Positions 18,736 to 26,723 of a stretch of 64,000 bases of DNA are shown piece after piece. Below the pieces are notes generated by a model. The model saw only the letters and a list, made by a program, of their open reading frames with translations. It was not told the origin of the DNA and made no database searches. The stretch is from Candidatus Poriferihabitaceae bacterium (GTDB lineage Bacteria; Pseudomonadota; Gammaproteobacteria; Arenicellales; Poriferihabitantaceae): contig OZ243941.1 in NCBI GenBank assembly GCA_965214205.1, forward strand, positions 440,745 through 504,744, read 5' to 3'. The translations under genes and the position numbers were made by a program. Each line of letters begins with the position of its first letter. Position 1 is the first letter of the stretch.

Positions 18736-19368
18736 TCACTCCCCTTTCCTTGACTGCGCGGGTACGATGCCCCTTGATTCCAGTAACTTCATGATCATTT
18801 CAACGCACCCTTCGACGTCATTTTCCGAGGTATTGATCACCAGATCGGCGTTTACCGGCTCTTCGTAGGGCGATGAGATACCGGTAAAATCCGCGATCTC
18901 CCCCTTGCGCGCTCTTTGATACAGGCCCTTCACATCCCTGTCTTCACACACTTCCAGAGGGCACTGGCAGTAGATTTCTATGAAATCCCCGGTATGTTCA
19001 ACCATCATCCTGACCCGTTGACGATCCGTCCTGAAAGGAGAAATGAACGCGGTTAACGCAATCACCCCCGCCTCGATAAACAGCTTCGCCATCTGGCCGA
19101 TCCGGCGAATATTCTCGGTTCGGTCCTCATGGGAAAAACCGAGGTCACCACACAGGCCATGGCGCACATTATCCCCATCAAAAACGAATGTCCGGCACCC
19201 CCTACGGAACAGCACCTCCTCAACGGCGTGCGCGAGAGTGGACTTGCCACTGCCTGATAATCCGGTAAACCAGATGATCGCGCTGTGGTGGCCATTGAGT
19301 CGCTGCCGCCGGCTTCGGGTTACGGTCGGCTGATGCCATACGGCGTTGGGCGAACTGGGTTGCGGCAT
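18736..19368 (-). CDS. cysC: adenylyl-sulfate (APS) kinase
   Basis: '[10 protein letters not shown]...[16 protein letters not shown]...[10 protein letters not shown]'. Start set at ATG 19368, which gives a CysC-like N-terminus. The GTG at 19428 would overlap the upstream gene by 50 nt. Confidence 0.88.
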   Translation of the reverse strand: MPQPSSPNAVWHQPTVTRSRRQRLNGHHSAIIWFTGLSGSGKSTLAHAVEEVLFRRGCRTFVFDGDNVRHGLCGDLGFSHEDRTENIRRIGQMAKLFIEAGVIALTAFISPFRTDRQRVRMMVEHTGDFIEIYCQCPLEVCEDRDVKGLYQRARKGEIADFTGISSPYEEPVNADLVINTSENDVEGCVEMIMKLLESRGIVPAQSRKGE

Positions 19369-19378
19369 GGCGGTCAGG

Positions 19379-20347
19379 TCAGGCTGAACCAGCGCCGACC
19401 GTACCGGCCCGCGCTTTCGCGAGGACACACAGAATTTCGAACATCATGGTGGCGCCGACCAGCGCGGTATTGCCGCTGGGATCAAATGGCGGAGCCACTT
19501 CAACGACATCACCGCCGATCAGGTTCAGCCCGTCCAGTCCGCGAATCATCATCAGCGCCTCCGCAGTCGAATAGCCACCGACTTCCGGAGTGCCGGTGCC
19601 CGGCGCGAACACCGGATCGAGGGCATCCACATCAAAGCTGATATAGGTCGGACCGTCACCCACCACCTTCCTCGCTTCTTCAATCACGGCCTTGCAACCC
19701 ATCTCGATATACTCCTCCATATAAATCACCCGCATACCGGAATCATGGCTGAACTTCCAGACATCAGGATCGTTCAATGAGCCGCGTATCCCGATCTGTA
19801 TGGTCCGTTTCGGGTCAAGCAACCCCTCATCAACGGCAATCTTGAACGGCGCGCCATGATGGAACTTCGATCCGAGGTAATCATCTCCGGTATCACAGTG
19901 CGCGTCGAAATGCACCATGCCAACCGGCTGGTCCTTCGCCAGCGCCCGGAAAATCGGCAGGGTAATGGAATGGTCCCCTCCGGCGGAAAGCGGAATGACG
20001 CCGGCCCCGACCACACGCTGATAAAACGCCTCAATCTCGTTGTGGCTACCTTCCAGCGTATAGGGCTTCTGCACCCAGGCATCGCCAATATCCCGTACCC
20101 TGCAAATCTCATGCGGGCTGACGCCAGTCGCCTGATTCATTTTCCTGATCAGGCTGGACTGGTTACGCATTTCCCTGGGGCCGTGACGGGCGCCCGGGCG
20201 ATTGGTCACGCCGCCATCGAAAGGGACTCCGATTACGCCAATATCGACCTGCTCCAGATCTTCACTGTACGGACAACGAAAAAATGTCGGAATCCCGGTA
20301 TAACGTGGTCGGGTAATGGGGTTTTGATACTCCGGGTAGTCGCTCAT
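19379..20347 (-). CDS. arginase-fold ureohydrolase (agmatinase / guanidino-acid hydrolase family)
   Basis: Metal-binding motifs '[11 protein letters not shown]', 'GGDHSITLP', 'SFDVDALDP' and 'TGTPEVGG'. The ATG at 20347 overlaps the upstream stop (ATGA). Confidence 0.88.
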   Translation of the reverse strand: MSDYPEYQNPITRPRYTGIPTFFRCPYSEDLEQVDIGVIGVPFDGGVTNRPGARHGPREMRNQSSLIRKMNQATGVSPHEICRVRDIGDAWVQKPYTLEGSHNEIEAFYQRVVGAGVIPLSAGGDHSITLPIFRALAKDQPVGMVHFDAHCDTGDDYLGSKFHHGAPFKIAVDEGLLDPKRTIQIGIRGSLNDPDVWKFSHDSGMRVIYMEEYIEMGCKAVIEEARKVVGDGPTYISFDVDALDPVFAPGTGTPEVGGYSTAEALMMIRGLDGLNLIGGDVVEVAPPFDPSGNTALVGATMMFEILCVLAKARAGTVGAGSA

Positions 20348-21591
20348 TCGCCCGCCCCGGCCATGCCCATCATCGCATGCAGCAGAACATTGCAACCGGC
20401 TTCCAGGTCTTCCGGTGTCGCGGATTCTTCCTCATTGTGACTCAATCCTCCCGCACAAGGCACAAAAATCATCGAGGTTGGAACCTTCTGGCATACCTGA
20501 CAGGCATCATGGCCCGCGCCGGAAACGATTTTCTGATGATCATAGCCCAGCATTTCTGCCGCTTTTGACACTTCTGCGATGCAGTCCGGATCAAACCGCA
20601 CCGGAGGCTTGCACCAGATTTCTTCGCTCTTGATCTCAAGGTCATGATCTCTGGCAACCGTCTCAACCCAACTCGCCAGAGAGGCAGACATTTGTTTGAG
20701 CACATCATCATCCGGGTGACGGAAATCGACGGTCAGTGTGACTTCGCCAGCAATGGTATTGCGCGAGTTGGGGGAAACCGAGATTTCTCCCACCGTACCC
20801 ACCGCATCAGGCGCATGGTCAAGCGCGATACCCTGAATCGCCTGGATCAGGACGGCTGCACCGACCAGCGCATCCCTTCGTCCAACCATCGGTGTCGGCC
20901 CCGCATGGGCATCCTGTCCGTAAAGAGCAATGTCAAACCAGCGCTGGCCTTGCCCCCCGGTAACCACGCCCACCTGGTCCCCGTCCCGCTCCAGAATCGG
21001 ACCCTGTTCGATATGCGCTTCGAATAACGCCGTCATCGGGTGGTCGCCGCACTCCTGTGAACCCACGTAACCGATTCGCTCCAGTTCCTGTTTGATGGTC
21101 CTGCCATCGGTATCTTCTCGCGACCAGGCATATTCCTTTTCAAACAACCCTGCGAAAACCCCGGAAGCGATCATGGCGGGCGCAAATCTGGAGCCTTCCT
21201 CATTGGTCCACATTACGATTTCCACCGGCGCCCGGGTCGCGATATGGTTTCGGTTCAGGGTGCGTACCACTTCGAGGGCGGCCAGAACCCCGTAAACCCC
21301 GTCGAATTTGCCACCATGCGGCTGGGTATCGAGATGGCTGCCAGCGCAAACCGGCGGTAACTCGTTATCAGTCCCCGCCCGCCGGGCAAATATATTGCCC
21401 ATGTCGTCTATCGTGATGCTCAAGCCTTCCGCTTCGCACCATCGTATGAACAGATCCCGGCCTTGCTTGTCCTCATCCGTCAAGGCCAGTCGACAGGAGC
21501 CTCCTCTCTCCCCCGGCCCGATCTGCGCCATGGTCATGATGCTGTCCCACAGGCGCTGGCCGTCAACCCGCAGATTTTGTATGGTAGTCAT
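20344..21591 (-). CDS. M20-family amidase of the allantoate amidohydrolase / N-carbamoyl-amino-acid hydrolase type
   Basis: 'GSHLDTQPHGGKFDGVYGVLAALEV' and 'WTNEEGSRF'. Length (415 aa) and overall collinearity fit carbamoylase/AllC-type enzymes. Confidence 0.88.
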   Translation of the reverse strand: MTTIQNLRVDGQRLWDSIMTMAQIGPGERGGSCRLALTDEDKQGRDLFIRWCEAEGLSITIDDMGNIFARRAGTDNELPPVCAGSHLDTQPHGGKFDGVYGVLAALEVVRTLNRNHIATRAPVEIVMWTNEEGSRFAPAMIASGVFAGLFEKEYAWSREDTDGRTIKQELERIGYVGSQECGDHPMTALFEAHIEQGPILERDGDQVGVVTGGQGQRWFDIALYGQDAHAGPTPMVGRRDALVGAAVLIQAIQGIALDHAPDAVGTVGEISVSPNSRNTIAGEVTLTVDFRHPDDDVLKQMSASLASWVETVARDHDLEIKSEEIWCKPPVRFDPDCIAEVSKAAEMLGYDHQKIVSGAGHDACQVCQKVPTSMIFVPCAGGLSHNEEESATPEDLEAGCNVLLHAMMGMAGAGE

Positions 21592-21612
21592 AAAATTGGT
21601 ATCCTTAAAGTA

Positions 21613-22509
21613 TCAGACCGATTCACGGCGCAACGCCTGACACAGGCAATGCACCCCCCCACCGTTGAGAGTGTACATCGACATGTCGGGAGCGAATACC
21701 TGATAACCCAGCGAGCGCAGTTTCTTATTCAGCCCGACGCTGCTCGACATCGACAACACCTTTTTGTTGCCAAGAGCGACCAGATTAACGCCCAGGTCTT
21801 TGGCCTCCCTGAAGCTCACATCGACAAAATCAAAGCCTTTCTTTTTCAGCCAGTCAATCAGCCATCCTTCCAGCGCATCCAGGCAGGTCACCACGAGTTT
21901 TTCGTCCAGCGGAACCACCAGGCCATCCGTATGAACAAAAAGCGCGGGAATCGGCGCCACCTCACAATCCCAACCCTCGGCGCGAACAAAGTCGGCAACC
22001 TGCTCAGCCCCCGCCTGTTCGGAACGCTCTCCGCCATAGCCGATCAAAACTGTGCCGGGTTCGAGAATAACGAAATCCCCGCCCTCAAAATGTCCGGCCG
22101 TGGCATAATTCCAGATCGGAATGTTATTCTGCTGATAAAACCGGATGGCGGTGACGTAATCGGCGCGACGGCACTTCAATTGCATGTGGCAGATCAACGC
22201 GCCCCACGGTGTCATGGCGCTGGAATCCCGGGCGAAAAAATTCCGATGCAAAACCGGATCAGCGTCCAGATAGTGGCAGGTGACACCCGCTTCTTCCTCA
22301 TAGATTCGCACCATTTCCTGATGCTGTTCAAGAGCGACCTCAAAATCAAATTCGACACCCGTCTTGTGCATATTACCGAGTGTGCGCCGAGTCAACGGCC
22401 CGGCATTGACCCACCGGAAATAATCGGGTTTCCCCAGCAATACATCGGTCAATACGCCATAGTCATTGTCAATGCCCCAATAATCGGGAGAACGCTGTTC
22501 GTTTGTCAC
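21613..22509 (-). CDS. guanidino-group-modifying enzyme superfamily protein (amidinotransferase/DDAH/arginine-deiminase-like)
   Basis: 298 aa. 'FARDSS', 'FEGGDFV', and the C-terminal catalytic-Cys context 'GGGVHCLCQAL' are typical of PF02274-type hydrolases. Confidence 0.8.
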   Translation of the reverse strand: MTNEQRSPDYWGIDNDYGVLTDVLLGKPDYFRWVNAGPLTRRTLGNMHKTGVEFDFEVALEQHQEMVRIYEEEAGVTCHYLDADPVLHRNFFARDSSAMTPWGALICHMQLKCRRADYVTAIRFYQQNNIPIWNYATAGHFEGGDFVILEPGTVLIGYGGERSEQAGAEQVADFVRAEGWDCEVAPIPALFVHTDGLVVPLDEKLVVTCLDALEGWLIDWLKKKGFDFVDVSFREAKDLGVNLVALGNKKVLSMSSSVGLNKKLRSLGYQVFAPDMSMYTLNGGGVHCLCQALRRESV

Positions 22510-22806
22510 CTTTTTCCAATCCTGTGTTGTTCGGGTTCAATAGGTATGAGACTCATCAGAAAGTCTGCGCGAGTCGCCGATAATACTCCATCAGCGCCCC
22601 AATCTACAATTTCATTTGATAAAACACGATAAAATGACTTGCCGATCTATACTGATTGCTTTTACACTCCGGTCATTGGTCAAAATAATGGGATAATGTG
22701 TTATATGAAATGTTAACCGGACAAGTGAATCCGGTATTTCCATTACCGACCGGGATTTTTTGAATCACAACTATTTACCAAAATATCACAAAGCTGGAGT
22801 ACAGAA

Positions 22807-23763
22807 ATGAAGAAAGCAAACAAGAAACTCGTCGGAGCGCTGATTGCCAGCGCGATGGGAGTGAGCGGTACCGCCCAGGCGGCCGATATCGTTATCGGTG
22901 TGCCGAACTGGCCTACCGTGGCCATGACCGCGGATGTCCTGAAGGTGGTCATCGAGGATAACTTCGGACTCGAAGTGGAATTGCAGAACGGCACCAACCC
23001 GATCATATTCGAGGCGATGGATAGCGGTTCCATGCATGTGCACCCGGAAGTCTGGATGCCCAATCAGGTCAACCTGAACAATACCTACGTTCAGGAGAAA
23101 GGCACGGTAGCCATGAACCCGAACTATGTGGGCGGCCCGCAGGCGATGTGTGTGACCGCTGGCACCGCAAAGAATACCGGTATCAAGGCGCTGTCCGAGC
23201 TGGCTGACCCGGAAATGGCGGCCAATTTCGACAAGGACGGCAACGGTATGGGTGATATCTGGATTGGCGCTCCCGGCTGGGCTTCAACCAATATCGAGAA
23301 GATCCGCGCAAAAAGCTATGGCTACGATACCACTATGGACCTTCGGGAAATGGACGAAACCCTGGCTTTGGCTGAAGTGGACGCCGCGATCGCGAAAGGG
23401 GAGAACATCGTATTCTTCTGCTATAAGCCGCATCACATGTTCACCCTGTATGACCTGGTGATTCTGGAAGAGCCCGCGGCTGATGAATCTCAGTGGACGC
23501 TCATTCAGCCGACCGATGATCCCGACTGGCTGGAAAAATCCAGCGCGCCCACAGCCTGGCCGGTGGCCCAGCTGCATATTCACTATGCGACCAGCCTGAA
23601 GGACTCTCATCCTGCGGTAGCGTCATTGCTTCATAACGTAGCGCTGGATGGAGATTCGTTGTCCGACTGGGCTTACGCGATTATTGTCGACAAAGTCGAT
23701 AACGCCGAGTATGCGAAACAGTGGGTGATGGATAACGCCGACCTTGTAAATTCATGGTTATAG
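22807..23763 (+). CDS. ABC transporter substrate-binding protein, glycine betaine/choline (ProX/OpuAC) family
   Basis: Signal peptide 'MKKANKKLVGALIASAMGVSGTAQA', then 'VIGVPNWPTVAMTADV...HVHPEVWMPNQ' (aromatic-cage-type ProX fold). Followed by ProV-like and ProW-like genes. Confidence 0.88.
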   Translation: MKKANKKLVGALIASAMGVSGTAQAADIVIGVPNWPTVAMTADVLKVVIEDNFGLEVELQNGTNPIIFEAMDSGSMHVHPEVWMPNQVNLNNTYVQEKGTVAMNPNYVGGPQAMCVTAGTAKNTGIKALSELADPEMAANFDKDGNGMGDIWIGAPGWASTNIEKIRAKSYGYDTTMDLREMDETLALAEVDAAIAKGENIVFFCYKPHHMFTLYDLVILEEPAADESQWTLIQPTDDPDWLEKSSAPTAWPVAQLHIHYATSLKDSHPAVASLLHNVALDGDSLSDWAYAIIVDKVDNAEYAKQWVMDNADLVNSWL

Positions 23764-23790
23764 TCAACAGCAACAGGCTGTTTTGAATGG

Positions 23791-23829
23791 ACGGGTGACA
23801 CAGTAACGTGTGTCGCCCGTTTTTCTTTC
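23791..23829 (+). terminator. intrinsic terminator/attenuator hairpin after the binding-protein gene
   Basis: 12-bp stem 'acgggtgacaca'/'tgtgtcgcccgt' (one G-T pair), a 6-nt loop, then 'ttttctttc'. Confidence 0.55.
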
Positions 23830-23869
23830 AGGGTTGCAGACTTGTCCAGTGGGGGATACCGTGCAAGAC

Positions 23870-24916
23870 ATGAACAGAGAAGTCATACGTCTGGATGATG
23901 TATGGAAAATATTCGGTGAGCGCGCCGATGAGGCCATGCAGGCCGTGAAGAATGAAGGGTTGTCAAAAACCGAAGTGCTTGAACAGTACAGCTGTGTAAT
24001 CGGTGTCGCGAAGTGCACGTTCGAAGTCAATTATGGTGAGATTTTCTGTGTAATGGGACTGTCGGGATCCGGCAAATCAACCATGGTCAGACATCTTAAC
24101 CGATTGCTCGAACCGACCTCCGGCCAGATCAACGTGCTTGGCAAGGACATGATGGCGCTGAATGAAACCGAGTTGCGTCAAATGAGGGCGGCGCATATCG
24201 GAATGGTTTTTCAGCACATGGCGCTGTTTCCGCACCGTACAGTGCGCGATAACGTCGCGTTTCCGCTGCAAGTGCAGGGAGAACCGAAGTCAAGGCGATG
24301 GGAAGAATCCCAGCGTTGTCTCAGTATGGTCAACCTGGATGGATTTGAAGATCGTTACCCGAGGGAGCTGTCAGGAGGAATGCAACAGCGCGTCGGTCTG
24401 GCCCGGGCGCTGGCTTCGGATCCGGAGGTCTTGTTGATGGACGAGCCATTTTCGGCGCTCGACCCGCTGATTCGACGCCAGTTGCAGGAACAGTTCATGG
24501 CGTTGTCGGCCGATCTCGGCAAAACAACAGTCTTCATTACCCATGATCTGGATGAAGCCATCCGGATAGGCAACCGGATCGCAATCATGAAGGACGGCGT
24601 GATCGTCCAGATTGGAACCCCGGAAGAAATCGTAACCAATCCGATTGATGATTATGTGACCGATTTCGTCGAGGGCATTTCTACTTTGAAATTGATTTTT
24701 GCCCATACGATCATGGTGAAAATGGACGAATATCAACTCGAGCGGGGAGATGATTTGTCGAAGTCGCCGAGAACGCCGCATGACACCGATCTTTCCGGAT
24801 TGATCGACCTGTCCGCGACTACCGATCAACCTATCGTCATTACAGATGACGGCAAAGATGTCGGAGTGGTCAACAAAACAACACTTCTCAAAGGCATAAA
24901 AGGGGGTGACAACTGA
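23870..24916 (+). CDS. betaine-type ABC transporter ATP-binding protein (ProV/OpuAA-like, C-terminal CBS-like region)
   Basis: Walker A 'GLSGSGKST', signature 'LSGGMQQR', Walker B 'LLMDEPFSALD'. Start set at ATG 23870 ('MNREVIRLDDVWKIFG'). Confidence 0.9.
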   Translation: MNREVIRLDDVWKIFGERADEAMQAVKNEGLSKTEVLEQYSCVIGVAKCTFEVNYGEIFCVMGLSGSGKSTMVRHLNRLLEPTSGQINVLGKDMMALNETELRQMRAAHIGMVFQHMALFPHRTVRDNVAFPLQVQGEPKSRRWEESQRCLSMVNLDGFEDRYPRELSGGMQQRVGLARALASDPEVLLMDEPFSALDPLIRRQLQEQFMALSADLGKTTVFITHDLDEAIRIGNRIAIMKDGVIVQIGTPEEIVTNPIDDYVTDFVEGISTLKLIFAHTIMVKMDEYQLERGDDLSKSPRTPHDTDLSGLIDLSATTDQPIVITDDGKDVGVVNKTTLLKGIKGGDN

Positions 24917-26460
24917 TGAAAGAAACCGGAATTGTGCCTGAGGCAAACACACTGGGGAGCTCGGTGAAGGATTTTGTCGGAAGCGGTGAATCCTACTATG
25001 AAAAGGAGTTTGACAAGATCCAGTCTGCGACGAAATTTCCGTGGAGCTGGAATACGATGTCTGCTGTGGCCGGCCCTTTCTGGGGCGCGTCGAGAGGACT
25101 GTGGGGGTATTTCTGGACTTTCATGGTACTCGAAATTCTCGCGTTCGTGCAGATCGGTAAGGGGCTGTGGGGTCAACTTGGAGCGGAAAAACTGGCCAGG
25201 GCGGAAAAACTGACCGAAAAGTATACCGAAACACTGGCCCAGGCGGATGTCGCAAAGGCGGCGGGAGAAGCCGGAGCGGACGCCATTTACACGCGCGCTG
25301 AAAACCTGAAAAAAGTGATTGACCGTCTGGTTGAAGAAGCCGCGGAGGCTTCGACCGGGGCGATTGGCTACCTGATCACCGGCATCGCGCTGTTTATTGT
25401 TTTCAGGGCGGTGCAGGGTTTTTACGCGAATATCAGATATGAGAAACAATATCTGGTCTGGCGGGCCGAGCCGAAAACCACCCTGTCCGGTTTTAATTGG
25501 CTCTGGGCCGGGTTTAGCGGATTGCTTTGGCTGGCGATTGTTCCCCTGACCCTGTACAAGTTCACGGTCGGGAAAATAGCCCCTGCCCTGACCCCTTATG
25601 TGGGACTGTTTCCGGTCGAGAAAAAACAATACTTTTCACCGATCTCCACCTGGATGGATGACGGGTTCGACACGATCTCCCTTCGATTCGGGGACGTTTT
25701 CGACGGCGTGGTCGTAACCATAAGAGCCGTACTGGATGGCCTTGAAACAGTATTTGTCGACACTCCCTGGCCAGTTGTAATGACCGTCATACTGGTTACC
25801 GCATGGCGATTGGCCGGCCCGCGGGTCGCCATATTCTCTGCGGCTTCGCTGGCTTATCTCGGTCTGTGCGGGTTATGGGAGACCAGTATGATCACGGTCG
25901 CGCTCCTGGGGGCCGCCGCCTTTTTATGCCTGTTGATCGGTATTCCTCTCGGCATCTGGTTCGGCAAGAGTCAGCGCGCCTACAACGCCGCCCTTCCGGT
26001 TCTCGATTTCATGCAGACCATGCCGGCGTTCGTGTATCTGATTCCGATCATCGCTTTCTTCGGCACCGGCAAGCCGCCCGGCGTACTGGCCACCCTGATT
26101 TTCGGTATGCCGCCGGTAGTCAGGCTGACCGCTCTGGGAATGCGCGGCGTTCCGGAAAACACCAAGGAGGCGGCAATCGCATTCGGCGCCACCAAGTGGG
26201 AATTGATGAGGGACGTTGAAATCCCCCTGGCGATGCCGTCCATCATGACCGGGATCAACCAGACCATATTGATGTGTCTGTCGATGGTGGTGATCGCGTC
26301 ATTGATCGGCGCCAAGGGTCTCGGTCAGGATGTGCTGGTGGCGCTGCAATACGCAGCCAAGGGACAGGGCATGCTGGCGGGCCTCGCGATTCTGTTTGTC
26401 GCCATGGTGATTGACCGCATCATCCAGGGGCACTACCGCAGATCCACCCAGGGGCAGTGA
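24916..26460 (+). CDS. betaine-type ABC transporter permease (ProW-like) with ~285-aa N-terminal membrane extension
   Basis: The C-terminal half, 'FMQTMPAFVYLIPIIAFFGTGKPPGVLATLIFGMPPVVRLT...GATKWELMRDVEIPLA', is ProW/OpuAB-like. The N-terminal 'YYEKEFDKI...WSWNTMSAVAGPFWGASRGLW' resembles the DUF2628 pattern. The ATG overlaps the proV-like stop. Confidence 0.88.
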   Translation: MKETGIVPEANTLGSSVKDFVGSGESYYEKEFDKIQSATKFPWSWNTMSAVAGPFWGASRGLWGYFWTFMVLEILAFVQIGKGLWGQLGAEKLARAEKLTEKYTETLAQADVAKAAGEAGADAIYTRAENLKKVIDRLVEEAAEASTGAIGYLITGIALFIVFRAVQGFYANIRYEKQYLVWRAEPKTTLSGFNWLWAGFSGLLWLAIVPLTLYKFTVGKIAPALTPYVGLFPVEKKQYFSPISTWMDDGFDTISLRFGDVFDGVVVTIRAVLDGLETVFVDTPWPVVMTVILVTAWRLAGPRVAIFSAASLAYLGLCGLWETSMITVALLGAAAFLCLLIGIPLGIWFGKSQRAYNAALPVLDFMQTMPAFVYLIPIIAFFGTGKPPGVLATLIFGMPPVVRLTALGMRGVPENTKEAAIAFGATKWELMRDVEIPLAMPSIMTGINQTILMCLSMVVIASLIGAKGLGQDVLVALQYAAKGQGMLAGLAILFVAMVIDRIIQGHYRRSTQGQ

Positions 26461-26491
26461 CCCTTCATGCGAAACAAGTGACGCCCGATGC

Positions 26492-26543
26492 GCTCACTCC
26501 CCCAGGGGAGTGAGCGGGCGCTACGGTGGGGCGCCCCTACACG
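26492..26543. repeat. strong hairpin plus REP-like 'GGGGCGCCCCTAC' element after the permease gene
   Basis: 'gctcactcccc ca ggggagtgagc' forms 11-nt arms at 26492-26515. It is followed by 'gggcgctacggtggggcgcccctacacgg', which shares the 'cgcccctac' core with the 18.6 kb REP cluster. Confidence 0.6.
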
Positions 26544-26716
26544 GCGAGAATCAGGAAAAACACAAAAAGCGCCACTAGTCCAACCGGGATCAGCGCCCCG
26601 GCCCAGTCTTTGGGCGCGTCCTTGTCCTGTTCCAGCCGGGGTTTGATCGCGGGCAGGAACCAGAACAGCAACACGACCATGAAAATGCCGATAACCACTT
26701 TTTCCCAGGTATCCAT
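26537..26716 (-). CDS. small (59 aa) two-TM membrane protein, hypothetical; not in the supplied ORF track
   Basis: Hand translation gives MDTWEKVVIGIFMVVLLFWFLPAIKPRLEQDKDAPKDWAGALIPVGLVALFVFFLILAV*. The ATG lies 7 nt after the molybdoenzyme stop, with 'agga' upstream. There are two hydrophobic helices. Confidence 0.45.
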   Translation of the reverse strand: MDTWEKVVIGIFMVVLLFWFLPAIKPRLEQDKDAPKDWAGALIPVGLVALFVFFLILAV

Positions 26717-26723
26717 TTTCTGA

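Noticed and set aside
21463-22632. 389-aa plus-strand ORF spanning the amidinotransferase-like gene
   Set aside because: It is antisense to a gene with clear family motifs ('GGGVHCLCQAL'). Its translation has no motifs and runs across a gene boundary, so I treat it as a shadow ORF.
22716-22761. Possible guanidine-III-like riboswitch ('ccggacaag...ccgg...accgaccggg') upstream of the ProX-like gene
   Set aside because: There is only a superficial resemblance to the CCGGACGAGG...CCCGGU...GGACAAGA consensus. The pseudoknot-forming segments and conserved ACG/GGAC nucleotides are not in register. I also found no ykkC or mini-ykkC (ACGR loop) features.
26526-26723. 65-aa plus-strand ORF between the ABC permease and the molybdoenzyme
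   Set aside because: The translation is Ser/Thr/Arg-rich with no hydrophobic core, and it starts inside a REP-like element. The opposite strand encodes a far more protein-like two-TM peptide positioned 7 nt after the upstream stop.
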